Of a stretch of DNA of 43,586 bases, positions 1 to 11,670 are shown piece by piece; position 1 is the stretch's first letter, and every line of letters starts with the position of its first letter. The notes below the pieces were generated by a model. It ran no database searches. It saw only the letters and a list, made by a program, of their open reading frames with translations, and was not told where the DNA came from. Source of the DNA: Octopus bimaculoides (Eukaryota); assembly GCF_001194135.2 (NCBI RefSeq), contig NC_068981.1:58777040-58820625 (forward strand), given 5' to 3'. The position numbers were made by a program, and so were the translations under genes.

Positions 1-846
1 CGAACTCTAAAATTGTTACACACATAGATACGCACAGCGTAATTTATTATATAAACAATATATGCGTATAAATTACGATTAAATCGGATGAAATATGTCA
101 CAGGGAATAACATTTTTATGACCACCGAGCAGTAACTCTATTCAGCTGAATAGACGTCAGTGATTGGTTGAAATTACAGAAATACGACAACTTTAACATG
201 GAATAACTTGCGATGTACGTTTTTTTTGTTAAGACTATGAGTAAAAGATGTTTTATATGACACATTCTACCAGTGTCCCAAGTTTCAAAGTGTTTCGTTA
301 AGAAAATACCGGTGCCCCCGTTTTGAAATAGATCCTGTTATACAACACGCGTAACAAAAAACTTTTATTGACACTTTTGAGAAACAAAAGCATAATCTCT
401 TAACAAAATCTCTTAACAAAAAACAAACAAACAAAAAAGTTTCTTTTTACTGTATTTATTCATTAAAATGCTTGTAAGTGACACAGTTTCACTCGTTTTT
501 CAATATCAGGACCATGGTTGTTAGAGACAAACAAAGATCATCTCTATTCACAATTACTAAGCGATTGCGAGCTTTAGATTATAGGAAAGACACTTGAAGG
601 TAATAAAATATAATTTTAATTCCTGCCAAAGCAAAGGGAATTTCATAGAAATTTCAATACTTGTCCATAAATTATTGGGCCCGTGATTAAATTTAGCTTG
701 AGCAGTGTGATTACTCAGTTACTCAATAAGGCTTTCTTGTATCAACATCAGCTGCATTTGTCCGAAATAAGTCTACCACCAAACTTAGAATGTTCATTTC
801 CAGATCTTTCAACCTAATTTTCATATCATTGTGTAATTTCTTCAAG

Positions 847-1259
847 TAATTGTAAACAGTGACGAAAACCACGAAGATCAAAAAAAAAAAAAAAAAACAA
901 CTTTCAGCAGTTTTGGAAACTAAAAAAATAGTTTTACTTTTTAGCTGTTTGTTCAACAAACTTAGCTTCTCAAAAATATCTGCAAGTTTGAATATATTAC
1001 AAAGTTCAATGAAGCGATTCAGGCTATTACCTTGAGAGATTGTCACCGTATGTTTGAACTTCAAAGGCAGTAATATATTTAATTCATACAAGACTTTCCA
1101 ATGTGAACTTGACACTTTATTCATGAATGATAAGTTATTTTCGAACTTGTCAAATGAATCCTTTTTTCTGTCAAGCCTGAACATAAAACATAGAAAATGC
1201 ATTGTATATATATTTGTGTAAGTAGGGTTTTGTGTATAAATTTTAAAGAATTACGGACA
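847..1259 (-). mobile_element. hAT (Charlie/Buster/SPIN-like) transposase relic, copy 1
   Basis: Minus-strand translation ISQGNSLNRFIEL...KLADIFEKLSLLNKQL resembles the hAT motifs WLSRGxxLxRFxEL and LAYLADIFxxLNxLNxxLQ. Confidence 0.6.
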
Positions 1260-1399
1260 CTAAAATATCATTCTCTTGCAACTCCTCAACAGCAGCAAGA
1301 GTTGGAAAATGCATGAATTCCTTACTCACAATATTTATCCTGGGGGGGGGGGGAAGAAAAGGAATCTTTGGTTTTCATCCCAATTGTATTCAAATTTGG

Positions 1400-2250
1400 T
1401 ATACGGATTAAATTTTGTATACTAATTATGAAAATGAAATTCATTTTCCCTATAAATTCATAGTTAAAATGTTATTAGCCTTTAATATTTGCAAAATTAG
1501 GGTATTTTAGCCAATCAGAAGCGAGTATTTTAGACGTCACCGTGGTGAAGAAGTTTGTTTCTATAGTAACCAAAGCAAAGAAGCACCACGTGTTCCATAG
1601 CTGATAGCGAAGAACTCTCTTTCCATAGTAACCATAGATGATGCGCATGCGCACAAGTGTAGCCACCACTTGTTCTGTAATTGTTTTTCATAACAGATGG
1701 GACTCACATTCAACAAATTGAAAGTACTTCAGCATAGTTGACTCTTATATTTGTGAATTTATGTGGACAAGGAGATACGAGAAAGATAATTTATTTTATA
1801 AAATCCTAGAGTGTATTGCAAATTTTCTTTCTTGAATTTTTCAAACTAATAAATTCCTGTTTTAAACAATGTTTTGCTTGTTATTTCTAGCAACACCTGT
1901 TGGCTTGTTCGTAGCTTTTAAATGTTTAATTTGCTTGTGGATGTTTTAATATTAACTTTGCTCGTGTATATTTTTATGTTTTGATTGTTATTTCTAGAAA
2001 CTCCTGTTTGTTTGTTCGTAGCTTTTAAATATTTAATTTGCTCGCGTAGCTAGTTTAATGTTTTGACATGCGGATGCCCCCCACCACCACTGATGATGGA
2101 AGAGGCAGCGAACACGCTATTTTCTGATTGGCTGAAAATTGTCAAACTTCGAACACCTGTAACATTTTTGCAAAATTTTTCTGGAAAATAACAAATTCGG
2201 ATTCAGCGTCAAAAATTACACCTTTATGATACATTAAAAAATTTTTTTAA
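1400..2250. repeat. Possible non-autonomous DNA element between the two hAT copies
   Basis: Subterminal inverted motif TTTTAGCCAATCAGAA (~1505) / TTCTGATTGGCTGAAAA (~2122) and an internal ~105-bp-period tandem duplication (1877-2065). Ends are not resolved. Confidence 0.3.
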
Positions 2251-2253
2251 AGA

Positions 2254-2743
2254 TAATTGTAAACAGTGACGAAAACCACGAAGATAAAAAACAAAAAACA
2301 AAAAAACAAAAAAAAACTTTCAGCAGTTTTGGAAACTAAAAAAATTGTAGTTTTACTTTTTAGCTGTTTGTTCAACAAAATTTAGCTTCTCAATAATATC
2401 TGCAAGTTTGAATATATTACATTTGGCTGCTAGCATTTCTTCTCCAAGCTGCTTATCATTCAGAAACATTACATTGTCTCAAAGTTCATTGAAGCGATGC
2501 AGGCTATTACCCTGAGAGATTGTCACCGGATGTTTGAACTGCAAAGGCAGTAATATGATATTTAATTCATACAAAATTTTCCAATGTCAACTTGACACTT
2601 TATTCATGAATGATAAGTTATTTTCGAACTTGTCAAATGAATCCTTTTTTTCTGTCAAGCCGGAACTTAAAACATAGAAAATGCATTGTATGTATATTTG
2701 TGTAAGTAGGCTTTTGTGTATAAATTTTAAAGAATTACGGACA
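2254..2743 (-). mobile_element. hAT transposase relic, copy 2 (direct repeat of 847-1259 with an extra ~60 bp)
   Basis: Colinear near-identical direct repeat from TAATTGTAAACAGTGACG to GAATTACGGACA. The extra segment encodes FLNDKQLGEEMLAAK in frame. Confidence 0.65.
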
Positions 2744-3433
2744 ATATTAGAAAATTTAAGGAAGAAACAGAATAGTAGTTATATGGCCCCCTTCACCGAG
2801 CCTATGACTCCACCTAATTCCCGAATTTTCTGTGAACCCACTGAAGTTTACCATTGCTCCAAGGATAGGAAACACTGATCCAGGCTATCATGAACGTTTT
2901 CAGTTAACGAATTTCTTCGATCAAACCTCACGGATCCACATCAATACAACTCACCTCTTACCACTTTTCAAGAAATCTGTTATATAATCTTCAATTATTT
3001 CATCCGATGACATTTGATTGTAGCCTAAATATTTGAGATTATTTCATCTCTTAACGACGAATATCTTTGACAATATGAGAAATCATCCAGATGCTTCAAG
3101 AAAATATAAAAACTGCGTATCATGTTATTCAGATAAAACTGCTAACATAAACAGGCTGACCAGATATAGTGTATTACAAATAAATTCTTAATTTTCAAGT
3201 ATGATACATTTACTTCTTTGGTAACAAAACACTGGTTTAGTCGGACTCTAACAATTTGACTTAACTTACGCATCGCACAACGAGTGGTACCCGCGAAAAA
3301 CTCATTGGCAATAAATGTTCATTTCTAGACTTAATTATTTGCAGCAGATTGTATTCAAACGGATTAAAAGAATATATGTTCCTCTTTATCATTTAATTAA
3401 TAATAATAATAACAATAATAATAATAATAATAA

Positions 3434-5123
3434 ATGAAATTCGGACTCAAGAAGGGTGGTATAATGTGCCTGAAAAGAGGCAAGGCACAGTTCCTAGTAG
3501 GGATAGAATTACCTAATAGAGAACTGATAGAAGAAATTGAAAAAGAAGGCTATAAATACCTTGGCATACTAGAGTTCAACGAAATCATGGAGAAGGAAAT
3601 GAAAGCACAATTGAGGAGGGAATATTTCCGAAGACTAAGATGGGTGTTGCGCTCAAAACTGACCGGTTGGAATAAAATACAAGCGGTTAATATATGGGCG
3701 ATAACTTCACTTCGGTATGGAGCTGGAATCATACAATGGCAAAAGAAAGAAAACTGATGAACATGGATACGAAGACAAGAAAAATATTGGCAGTGCACGG
3801 AGCCTTCCACACTAAGAGTGACACCGACAAGCTGTACTTATCTAGAAGAAAGGATGTGAGAGGTTTGATCAGTTGCCAGAATTCTATCGAAACAGAGGAA
3901 AACAGCTTAGGGTGGTATGTAAAAAAAAATACCGTGGAACCATTGTTGAAACTAGTGAAGAAGTCCGGTGTCATTAAAACTGATAATTGTGTAAAGAAAT
4001 AAAAACTTAGAGGAAAAGAACACACACACACACACACACACACAACATGGAAGGAGAAAGATGTACAGTCAGTTTGCAAGAGTCAAGACAGATACAGAAG
4101 ACCAGTGGCTATGGATGAGGAGTGACCTGAAGATAAAGACAGAAGCACTTACATGCGCAGCACAAAAATATTCCTTAAGGACTAACTATGTGAAGTGCAG
4201 AATCGACAACACTACCGACAGCGACAAATGCAGAATGTGTAGTGAGAGGGATGAAACGGTATGGCACTTTGTTAGCGAATACCCGAAATTGGCACAACGC
4301 AATTACAAAAGACATGACAATCTGACAAGAATGATCCATTCGCAGCTCAGTGGAAAACACAGCCTAAAAAGAGCAAAGACGTGGTATGAGCAAACACCAG
4401 AAGGAGTCACCGATAATGAAGATTGCAAAATCCTGTAAGATGTAATGATTCAGTGCGATCACCTGACCGGACATTGTTATTGTTATGTATTCTTTTGGTT
4501 CGTGTTGGGATAATAAACAACTCACTGAAGGCATTGTTATGATTCTACGTGTTTATTTACTTGGCATGTTTACAAACAGTATATATATAGCGGAGTGATA
4601 CACACTGTGCATATCTGCCTTAGACACAGTTCAACTGCCTAGTAGATGCGCTTAACAAAATAGTACTACTAGTGGGATGTATTCATATATACGTATACCT
4701 ACAAATACACATAGATATGAACGTGTAACAGTTGTAGTGAATAAAAAAGAAAGAACTTGCATGATAATCGGCATAGCATGTCCCGGTGCCAACAGGATCA
4801 AAGAGAAAGAAAAAAATACTGAACAACCACGACGATTTGAAGTGGGAAATACGAAGGCTGTGGTCAATGAGGAGAGTAGCCGTGATATCAGTAGTAATTG
4901 GTGGACTTGGAGGTATCAGCACTCAACTATCAACATGGCTCAAAAAAATTGGTACACATGTAAAGATTGAACATCTACAAAAATCAGCTTTGCTTGGAAC
5001 TGCAAGAATTCTTCGTAGGGTTCTTGAAGCATGATCGGTAAACAAGCGTCACCTTAGTCTGCTGGCTATGGACTGCTGACATTTTCCATCATACTCAGCA
5101 AAATAAGCTGATAGTGTTAATCA
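3434..5123 (+). mobile_element. 5'-truncated R4/Dong-clade (restriction-like endonuclease) non-LTR retrotransposon, frameshifted
   Basis: Distal RT (MKFGLKK, YKYLGI), KLYLSRxxxxRGL, zinc knuckle CRMC..DETVWHFVSE(Y), RPDIV/VVNKKERTCMII endonuclease, terminal LQKSALLGTARILRRVL*. Bounded by (TAA)n at both ends. Confidence 0.85.
4481..4730. mobile_element. Solo LTR (250 bp) inserted in the R4 endonuclease
   Basis: TGTTA...TAACA termini with 5-bp flanks GTTAT/GTTGT. Removing it restores GAC ATT GTT GTA GTG AAT (DIVVVN). Confidence 0.72.
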
Positions 5124-5138
5124 AATAATAATAATAAT

Positions 5139-5344
5139 CTTTTCTACTAAAGGCATAAGACCTGAAATTTTTGGGGAGGGGACTAGTCGATAACATCAAT
5201 TCCAGTGTTTCACTGGTACTTATTTTATCGACCCCGAAAGGCAAAGTGAACCTCGGCAGAGTTTGAACTCAGAACGTAAAGACGGACGTAATACTGCTAA
5301 GCATTTCACCCGGCGTGCTAACAATTCTGCCACTTCGCCGCCTT
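5139..5344 (-). mobile_element. tRNA-derived SINE family A, full copy
   Basis: Minus strand reads GGCGGCGAAGTGGCAGAATTGTTAGC (A box) ... GTTCAAACTC (B box) and ends in an (ATT)n tail. Multiple homologous copies in the window. Confidence 0.8.
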
Positions 5345-5362
5345 AATAACAAAAATAATAAT

Positions 5363-5482
5363 CTTTTCTACTAAAGGCACAAAACCTGAAATTTGCGGGG
5401 AGGGGCCTAGTCGATTACCTCGACCCCAGTGTTTCGCTGGTTCTTAATTTATCGACTCCGAAAGGATGAAAGGCAAAGTCGA
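5363..5482 (-). mobile_element. SINE family A, 5'-truncated tandem copy
   Basis: Repeats the 3' half of 5139-5344, with (TAA)n on both sides. Confidence 0.75.
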
Positions 5483-5936
5483 TAATAATAATAATAATAT
5501 GTATGTATAATAATAATAATAATAATAATAATATGTATGTATGTATGTATACTCCCACCTGCATATACACATATATAAATTAAATATGAACAATTAAGCT
5601 TATAATGTATACTTCTACTCAGTTTTAAGCTAACTAAACGGCCTGTTAATGTTTTAACAAAATACAGAGTCAGTGAAAGTACCCGAGCGGCTTATTGCCT
5701 TTGACTCGCATGTCTGGTGGATAGACAAACACACAGAGAGGAGACACTCTATCAATATTAGTAGATTTTGTGCTCTCTTTTTGTTTTCGTTTATTCTACC
5801 ATGTCATATTTCACTTCTACAATTATAGTTTCTGTTCGATCTTCGATGATTAAAGACTCGAAGTTATTAAATGTCCTGTTTTTAAAGGCGTTTTTAAGCT
5901 TAACTCTTATGAAGCACAACTGTCAATTGCAATAAT

Positions 5937-8900
5937 TTGAATGGTAAACAGGGAGGCGCTGGGCACGACAGTCGTCTCCCCCATCGATTCACCTTACCGT
6001 GCATCTTTCATCCGACATGCTATTTCTTCAAAGATCTCTCTCGGGGTGCCAGCATAAGTATTTGGTCCCAAAGGTTTACTTCCACCAATCCTGGTCTTTC
6101 CGACATATCTCTCTATACAGTAAATCACTCCGCCATTAAAACCTACGGACAAATCTCTCTTACCCTGGATTTATCACTCCATAGAGATTTCAAGTGGATC
6201 TTCGTCATTGTGGATCTGCCCTATCCCATCCTTGGTGCTGACTTCTTACATCACTATTCTCTCCTTGTGGACGTTAGAGGACGCCAACTTATTGATGACA
6301 CTACCTCACTCACCAATCCCGGAAAGGATTCTTCTGTTCCTGTTGTGAACCCTTCTTTCTTCGTGGCTGCTCCGGGTGACTCTTACCACCAGTTACTCGT
6401 TTCTTTTCCAGAGTTGGCTGATTTGTCATTTCATCTGTCGAATCCAACCTATTCCACGAGACATTTCATCACGACTAAGGGACCTCCAGTTTTTTCCCGA
6501 CCGCGCCGTTTGTCTCTAGAGAAACTCCGGATCGTCCGGGCTGAATTCGAGCACATGCTCCAGCTGGGCCTTATTCGTCCCTCCACGAGCCCGTGGGCAG
6601 CACCTTTACACATGACCAGGAAGAATGAAGCTGATTTTCGACCGGTTGGAGATTTTTAGACGCCTTAACACTGTTACTATCGCGGATCGCTATCCCCTAC
6701 CCAATGTGCAGGATTTTTTGTCTGCCCTGCATGGCTGCAAGGTTTTTTTCTTAAATCGACTTGGTACGCGCGTACCACCAAATCCCTGTCAACCCCGACC
6801 ACATTCCAAAGACAGCCGTCACCACGCCTTTTNNNNNNNNNNNNNNNNNNNNNNNNNNNNNNNNNNNNNNNNNNNNNNNNNNNNNNNNNNNNNNNNNNNN
6901 NNNNNNNNNNNNNNNNNNNNNNNNNNNNNNNNNNNNNNNNNNNNNNNNNNNNNNNNNNNNNNNNNNNNNNNNNNNNNNNNNNNNNNNNNNNNNNNNNNNN
7001 NNNNNNNNNNNNNNNNNNNNNNNNNNNNNNNNNNNNNNNNNNNNNNNNNNNNNNNNNNNNNNNNNNNNNNNNNNNNNNNNNNNNNNNNNNNNNNNNNNNN
7101 NNNNNNNNNNNNNNNNNNNNNNNNNNNNNNNNNNNNNNNNNNNNNNNNNNNNNNNNNNNNNNNNNNNNNNNNNNNNNNNNNNNNNNNNNNNNNNNNNNNN
7201 NNNNNNNNNNNNNNNNNNNNNNNNNNNNNNNNNNNNNNNNNNNNNNNNNNNNNNNNNNNNNNNNNNNNNNNNNNNNNNNNNNNNNNNNNNNNNNNNNNNN
7301 NNNNNNNNNNNNNNNNNNNNNACCTTGCTCAAGCATCCTTCCTCGCTCATCCTGTTGCGGATGTAAAATTATCACTCACTATCGACGCGTCATCATCCGC
7401 TATTGCCGTAGTTTTAGAGCAATCTGTCAACAGCCGAAACCAGCCATTGGCCTTCTTTTCTCGCCAGTTGAAAGATGCCGAATTGAGATGAAGTGTGTTT
7501 GGTAAAGAACTCTTAGCAATTTATCTAGCGGTGAAGCATTTCTCTCATCTTCTCGAAGGTAGAGATTTCACGATTTTCACCGATTACAAACCGCTAACGT
7601 TCGCTCTCTTTGCCAAAACGGACCGGTACTCGCCCAGAGAAACAAAGCATTTAGACTATATATCACAATTCACTAGTTACATTCGCCACTGACAACATCT
7701 CCGCCGACGCCTTATCTCGCCTGTCTGTCGGTGCATTGTCTCCTGCTTCGACTGATTTGGTTGCTATGGCTACTGACCAACCCTCCTTGGACTCTCTGGA
7801 CGTCTCTTCACCACAGTTTTCCTGCTGCAAGTTTGAACATCTGTCTCTGCCTTTTTCTGAAGTAACCATTCTCTGCGATGTTTTTACCGGGTCACCCCGA
7901 CCCCTCGTCCCTGAACATCATCGTCGTGCTGTTTTTGAAGCACTGCATTCACTGTCACACCCCGGCATTGCGGTCACAGTAAAGCTTATCTCGGCTCGCT
8001 TTTTCTAGCCGAATATGCGTCGGTCTATTACTGCTTAGTCACATGCCTGTCTACTATGTCAGCGTTCCAAGGTGCATCGTCACGTGAGAGCACCTCTTGG
8101 GCACTTCCAGCCACCGGACACCAGGTTCCGTCATATACACATCGACCTGCTTGGTCCTTGGCCGGTCAGTTGCGGATTTATTTATATATTGATCTGCATC
8201 GACCGCTTCTCCAGATGGCCTGAAGCCATCCCTCTCGTGGACATTTCCGCGGAAACAGTCGCCAGAGCACTCATCTCCTGTTGGATATCTCGCTTCGGAG
8301 TACTCTCTAGAATTACTACTGATCGTGGGGGCCAATTTGAAGCTTGTCTGTTCCGCGAGCTTTCGTGATTACTCGGAGCTCAGCACATCCACACCACAAG
8401 TTACCATCCCGCCGCGAACGGAATGGTGGAATGATTCCACCGCCAGCTTAAAGTCGCTGTTCAAGCGGCTCCTGATCCTCACCGTTGGTCCGAGTTTCTC
8501 CCCATTGTTTTGCTGGGGTGCCGCCGCTCAGCTGTCAAGAAGGATTTAGGCTACTCCTCCGCTGAGCTCCTGTATGGCACCACCTTAACACTTCCTGGAC
8601 AAATGTTGGCGCCCGTCGACTTACCGAATGCGGATCCCACATCTTACGTCACGCGACTCGGGTCATTCTTTGCCGACCTGCCACCAATGCTTCCTCGCGA
8701 CCAGTCTATTTCTTCTACAGTACATCCGGATATTTCTACTTGGACTCACGTGTTTGTAAGAAATGATGTCGTCAATGGACCGCTCATACCTCCCTACACT
8801 GGTCCCTATCGCGTTCTGAGAAGCACACCGAAACTGTTCACTGTGGACATTCACGGAAAAAAAGAGAGTGTCCCTATCGATAGAATAAAAGAAGCCTTTT

Positions 8901-9660
8901 TCAAAACATTTATGCTCCTTGCTGACACACCCATCATCCCACAAACACTGCCACCCCACCCCTAGAAGCACCACCTCCACTTACCAAAACACCAACTACA
9001 CAAACGCATTCTTCACCCTACAAGACACGTTCTGGCGGATCGGTTCATTGGTCGAAGAAATTGTCTCAGACTATTTACATGTCTTAACTTTGCCTCGCCA
9101 GTGACTGTTCCGGAGAACAGACTTACGTTGTTATAGACACCGCATTCATATTTTCTCTCTTTCTGTATCATTATACATATATACTTTGTTATATTTGATT
9201 GGACACCTTTCTTTGCTGAACGTTTTTCCTCGTACATACTTGCATTGTATTTTTTTAATTGTTCATACAAGTATTTTGTCATGTTTCATTCTTCTGTGCC
9301 CTTCTAGCGCACACGTACTTCGTCTACATTACTCTTATTCGATCGCTTCTAGTCTAAGGGGGGTGGGGTGGCTCTGTAGGCGCAATTACCTCCTTTGACG
9401 GCAGTTCTTAAACAAACTCGCACTATATGGCGCTTGAGCGGTGAGATTCTGACACGAGGCCTTGCGACTTCCTCTTTTAGCATCTAGACGTCGAAGAGCG
9501 AGGACATGATCTAGTTGGCTCTGTTACGACACGCGGTGGCTAGCAGACATGAGGTAACGCACAGAAGAAGAACATGGCCTCCACATATTAAACTCTTTCC
9601 ATTATTATTCAGCTTGTATATATATGTGAGGCCGATATTAAAGGTACTTAAAGTTACAGC
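5937..9660 (+). mobile_element. Degraded Ty3/Gypsy (CsRn1-like) retrotransposon: protease-RT-RNaseH-integrase-GPY/F, PPT and 3' LTR. No gag or 5' LTR seen.
   Basis: TYGQISLTLDL/PILGADFL, SPWAAPLHM, DRYPLPNVQDF, RAYHQIPV..DHIPKTAVTTPF, RNase H LTIDASS/KELLAIYLAVKHF, integrase [49 protein letters not shown] at ~9356 and LTR start TGTAGG at 9375 (LTR end uncertain). Many stops and frameshifts. Confidence 0.9.
6833..7321. other. Assembly gap (489 N) covering the Gypsy RT core
   Basis: Run of N. Confidence 1.
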
Positions 9661-10378
9661 CTTGTTCTATGTATTTGTTTGTACCGTGTTCCTATCAAAT
9701 GATATTACAGCCTTCTGAAGGAGTCATCCTTTAGATGGCTCCACGTATTTTACAAGTATGACATTGAATTTTATATGTATGAATTGCATCTATACATACA
9801 TATTAGTATATTTTCTCTGTATTATTTAATGTTAAAACTGCTAAAATGTTAAAACTATGATTATGAATATTCCCACTTAAACATATCAATTGGTTCAGTT
9901 ACATTTCGTTATTGGAAAGTCTTGGCTTTCTACACTTACTACAGTATTGCCAAATTTTCAAAATACAAGAACTTCAGTGGCTTAAGAATAGTTTTAACGT
10001 ATACCTCGTTCGAAAAGCTGTACCTGTGAACAAATTAGACCATTTTCATTATTATTCTATAATTTTATTATTGTCATAGACTTTTAGAAATACTGTAGAA
10101 CTTGCATGCGAGAAATCTAGTGAGCAGTGCTATTAACCTCATAACTCTTCATTGGTCAACTCTTTCCAGTTTATCTTAAATACTGTAATTACAGAACTGA
10201 CATTTGAAAAGGTCTAGCTTTTGAACTTTAGAGGATGTAATTTAATCCATTATGCTTGACATGTTAAATATGAGTGCGGTTTTTTCCCCTGAGTTTAGTA
10301 TAATTTTCTCATGTAAACCTAGTTTATACGTAAGAAAAACAAAACTAAAATATAACCTGTTCTCTTATATATATGGGC

Positions 10379-11016
10379 ACTGTCATGCTATTAGCTGTCA
10401 GAAGTGAAAGTGCTCACTGCTAGTGAAGTATCTGTCTGTCTGCCTGTCTGCCTGCATGCCTGTTGCTGGCCTATCGATTCTTTGGCTACTGACAGCTAAT
10501 ACCATGACTGGCCGGAGCGAGCTATTGGCTTACTTACTTACTGATATCTATCTACTATCTATCTATCTATCAATCACTCGTCCACCTTATTAGAAAACAC
10601 AAATTTAATATAAAAACATATTTCCTGAAATTGCAAATTATTTAAAATATAAAAATATAATTTTCAACAGAGAGAATTTATCAAAATAGAAAACAAATGA
10701 AGTTTGAAGTTTAAAAATAATAGGATCGACCACTCACGACTAGCTAGCGCGGACGCGAGTACCCTTATACTCTGTGTTGTGTTTTCAAACGCATGGATAT
10801 AGGTGTCGAATTTGTTCCAATAACTTTCGAGTGATAGATAGATAGAGAGAGAGAGAGACAGACAGACAGATAGCTCGCTCCGGCCAGTCATGGTATTAGC
10901 TGTCAGTAGCCAAAGAATCGACAGGCCAGCAACAGGCATGCAGGCAGACAGGCAGACAGACAGATACTTCACTAGCAGTGAGCACTTTCACTTCTGACAG
11001 CTAATAGCATGACAGT
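10379..11016. repeat. 147-bp inverted repeat pair (10379-10525 / 10870-11016) with 344-bp spacer
   Basis: Manual comparison: 146/147 identical in reverse complement. Both outer flanks are TA-rich. Confidence 0.95.
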
Positions 11017-11608
11017 ACCTATATATGTAATTTTTATGGTTAGAAAGATTAATACTCTAATGATAAATATCCAATCCATACAATTGTGCGAACACGAAGA
11101 CAATTCAACTTTATAATTACATTTCATTATTAGGCGAGCTGTTCTGAAATGTTATATGTATAAACCTAAAGCAAACAACGGCAATCTGCTCGATATTCGG
11201 TCTTAAAACCGAAATCTGCTTTCATGTCGGCCAAACTTGGAATTGCATGCATGGCAGAGTTGGTTCTGGTCACGAGTTGCCCTATGTTTAAATCAGGGAA
11301 CAAGAGGATATCTTACTCGACTATAAATATTCCATATTGACTGCTGCAAATACGAATACGGTGACGATAACAATCACACCGTACTACTCAAAACTTCTTC
11401 TACTCTAATCGTCATCGCTTTAAACAGTATATTTCAACCACATTAACTTTATACGATATTCGTATCCTCCAACGCTGAAGATTTTCTAGCAGATAAATTC
11501 ACACTTCTTAGGTACTGAAGTAGGAAATAAAAATGTTAACGGTATTAGTAATATTTTGAATACTTAATTCGTAGTGGTGGTCATGTTGCCTTAAATATTT
11601 AACTCCAG

Positions 11609-11670
11609 TATGTATGTATGTATGTATGTATGTATGTATGTATGTATGTATGAAGTGTGTGTGTGTGTGT
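11609..11670. repeat. (TATG)n + (TG)n microsatellite
   Basis: Direct reading. Confidence 0.95.

Noticed and set aside
11316-11480. Possible minus-strand exon (CTTCAG acceptor, GTAAGA donor)
   Set aside because: All three frames contain stops
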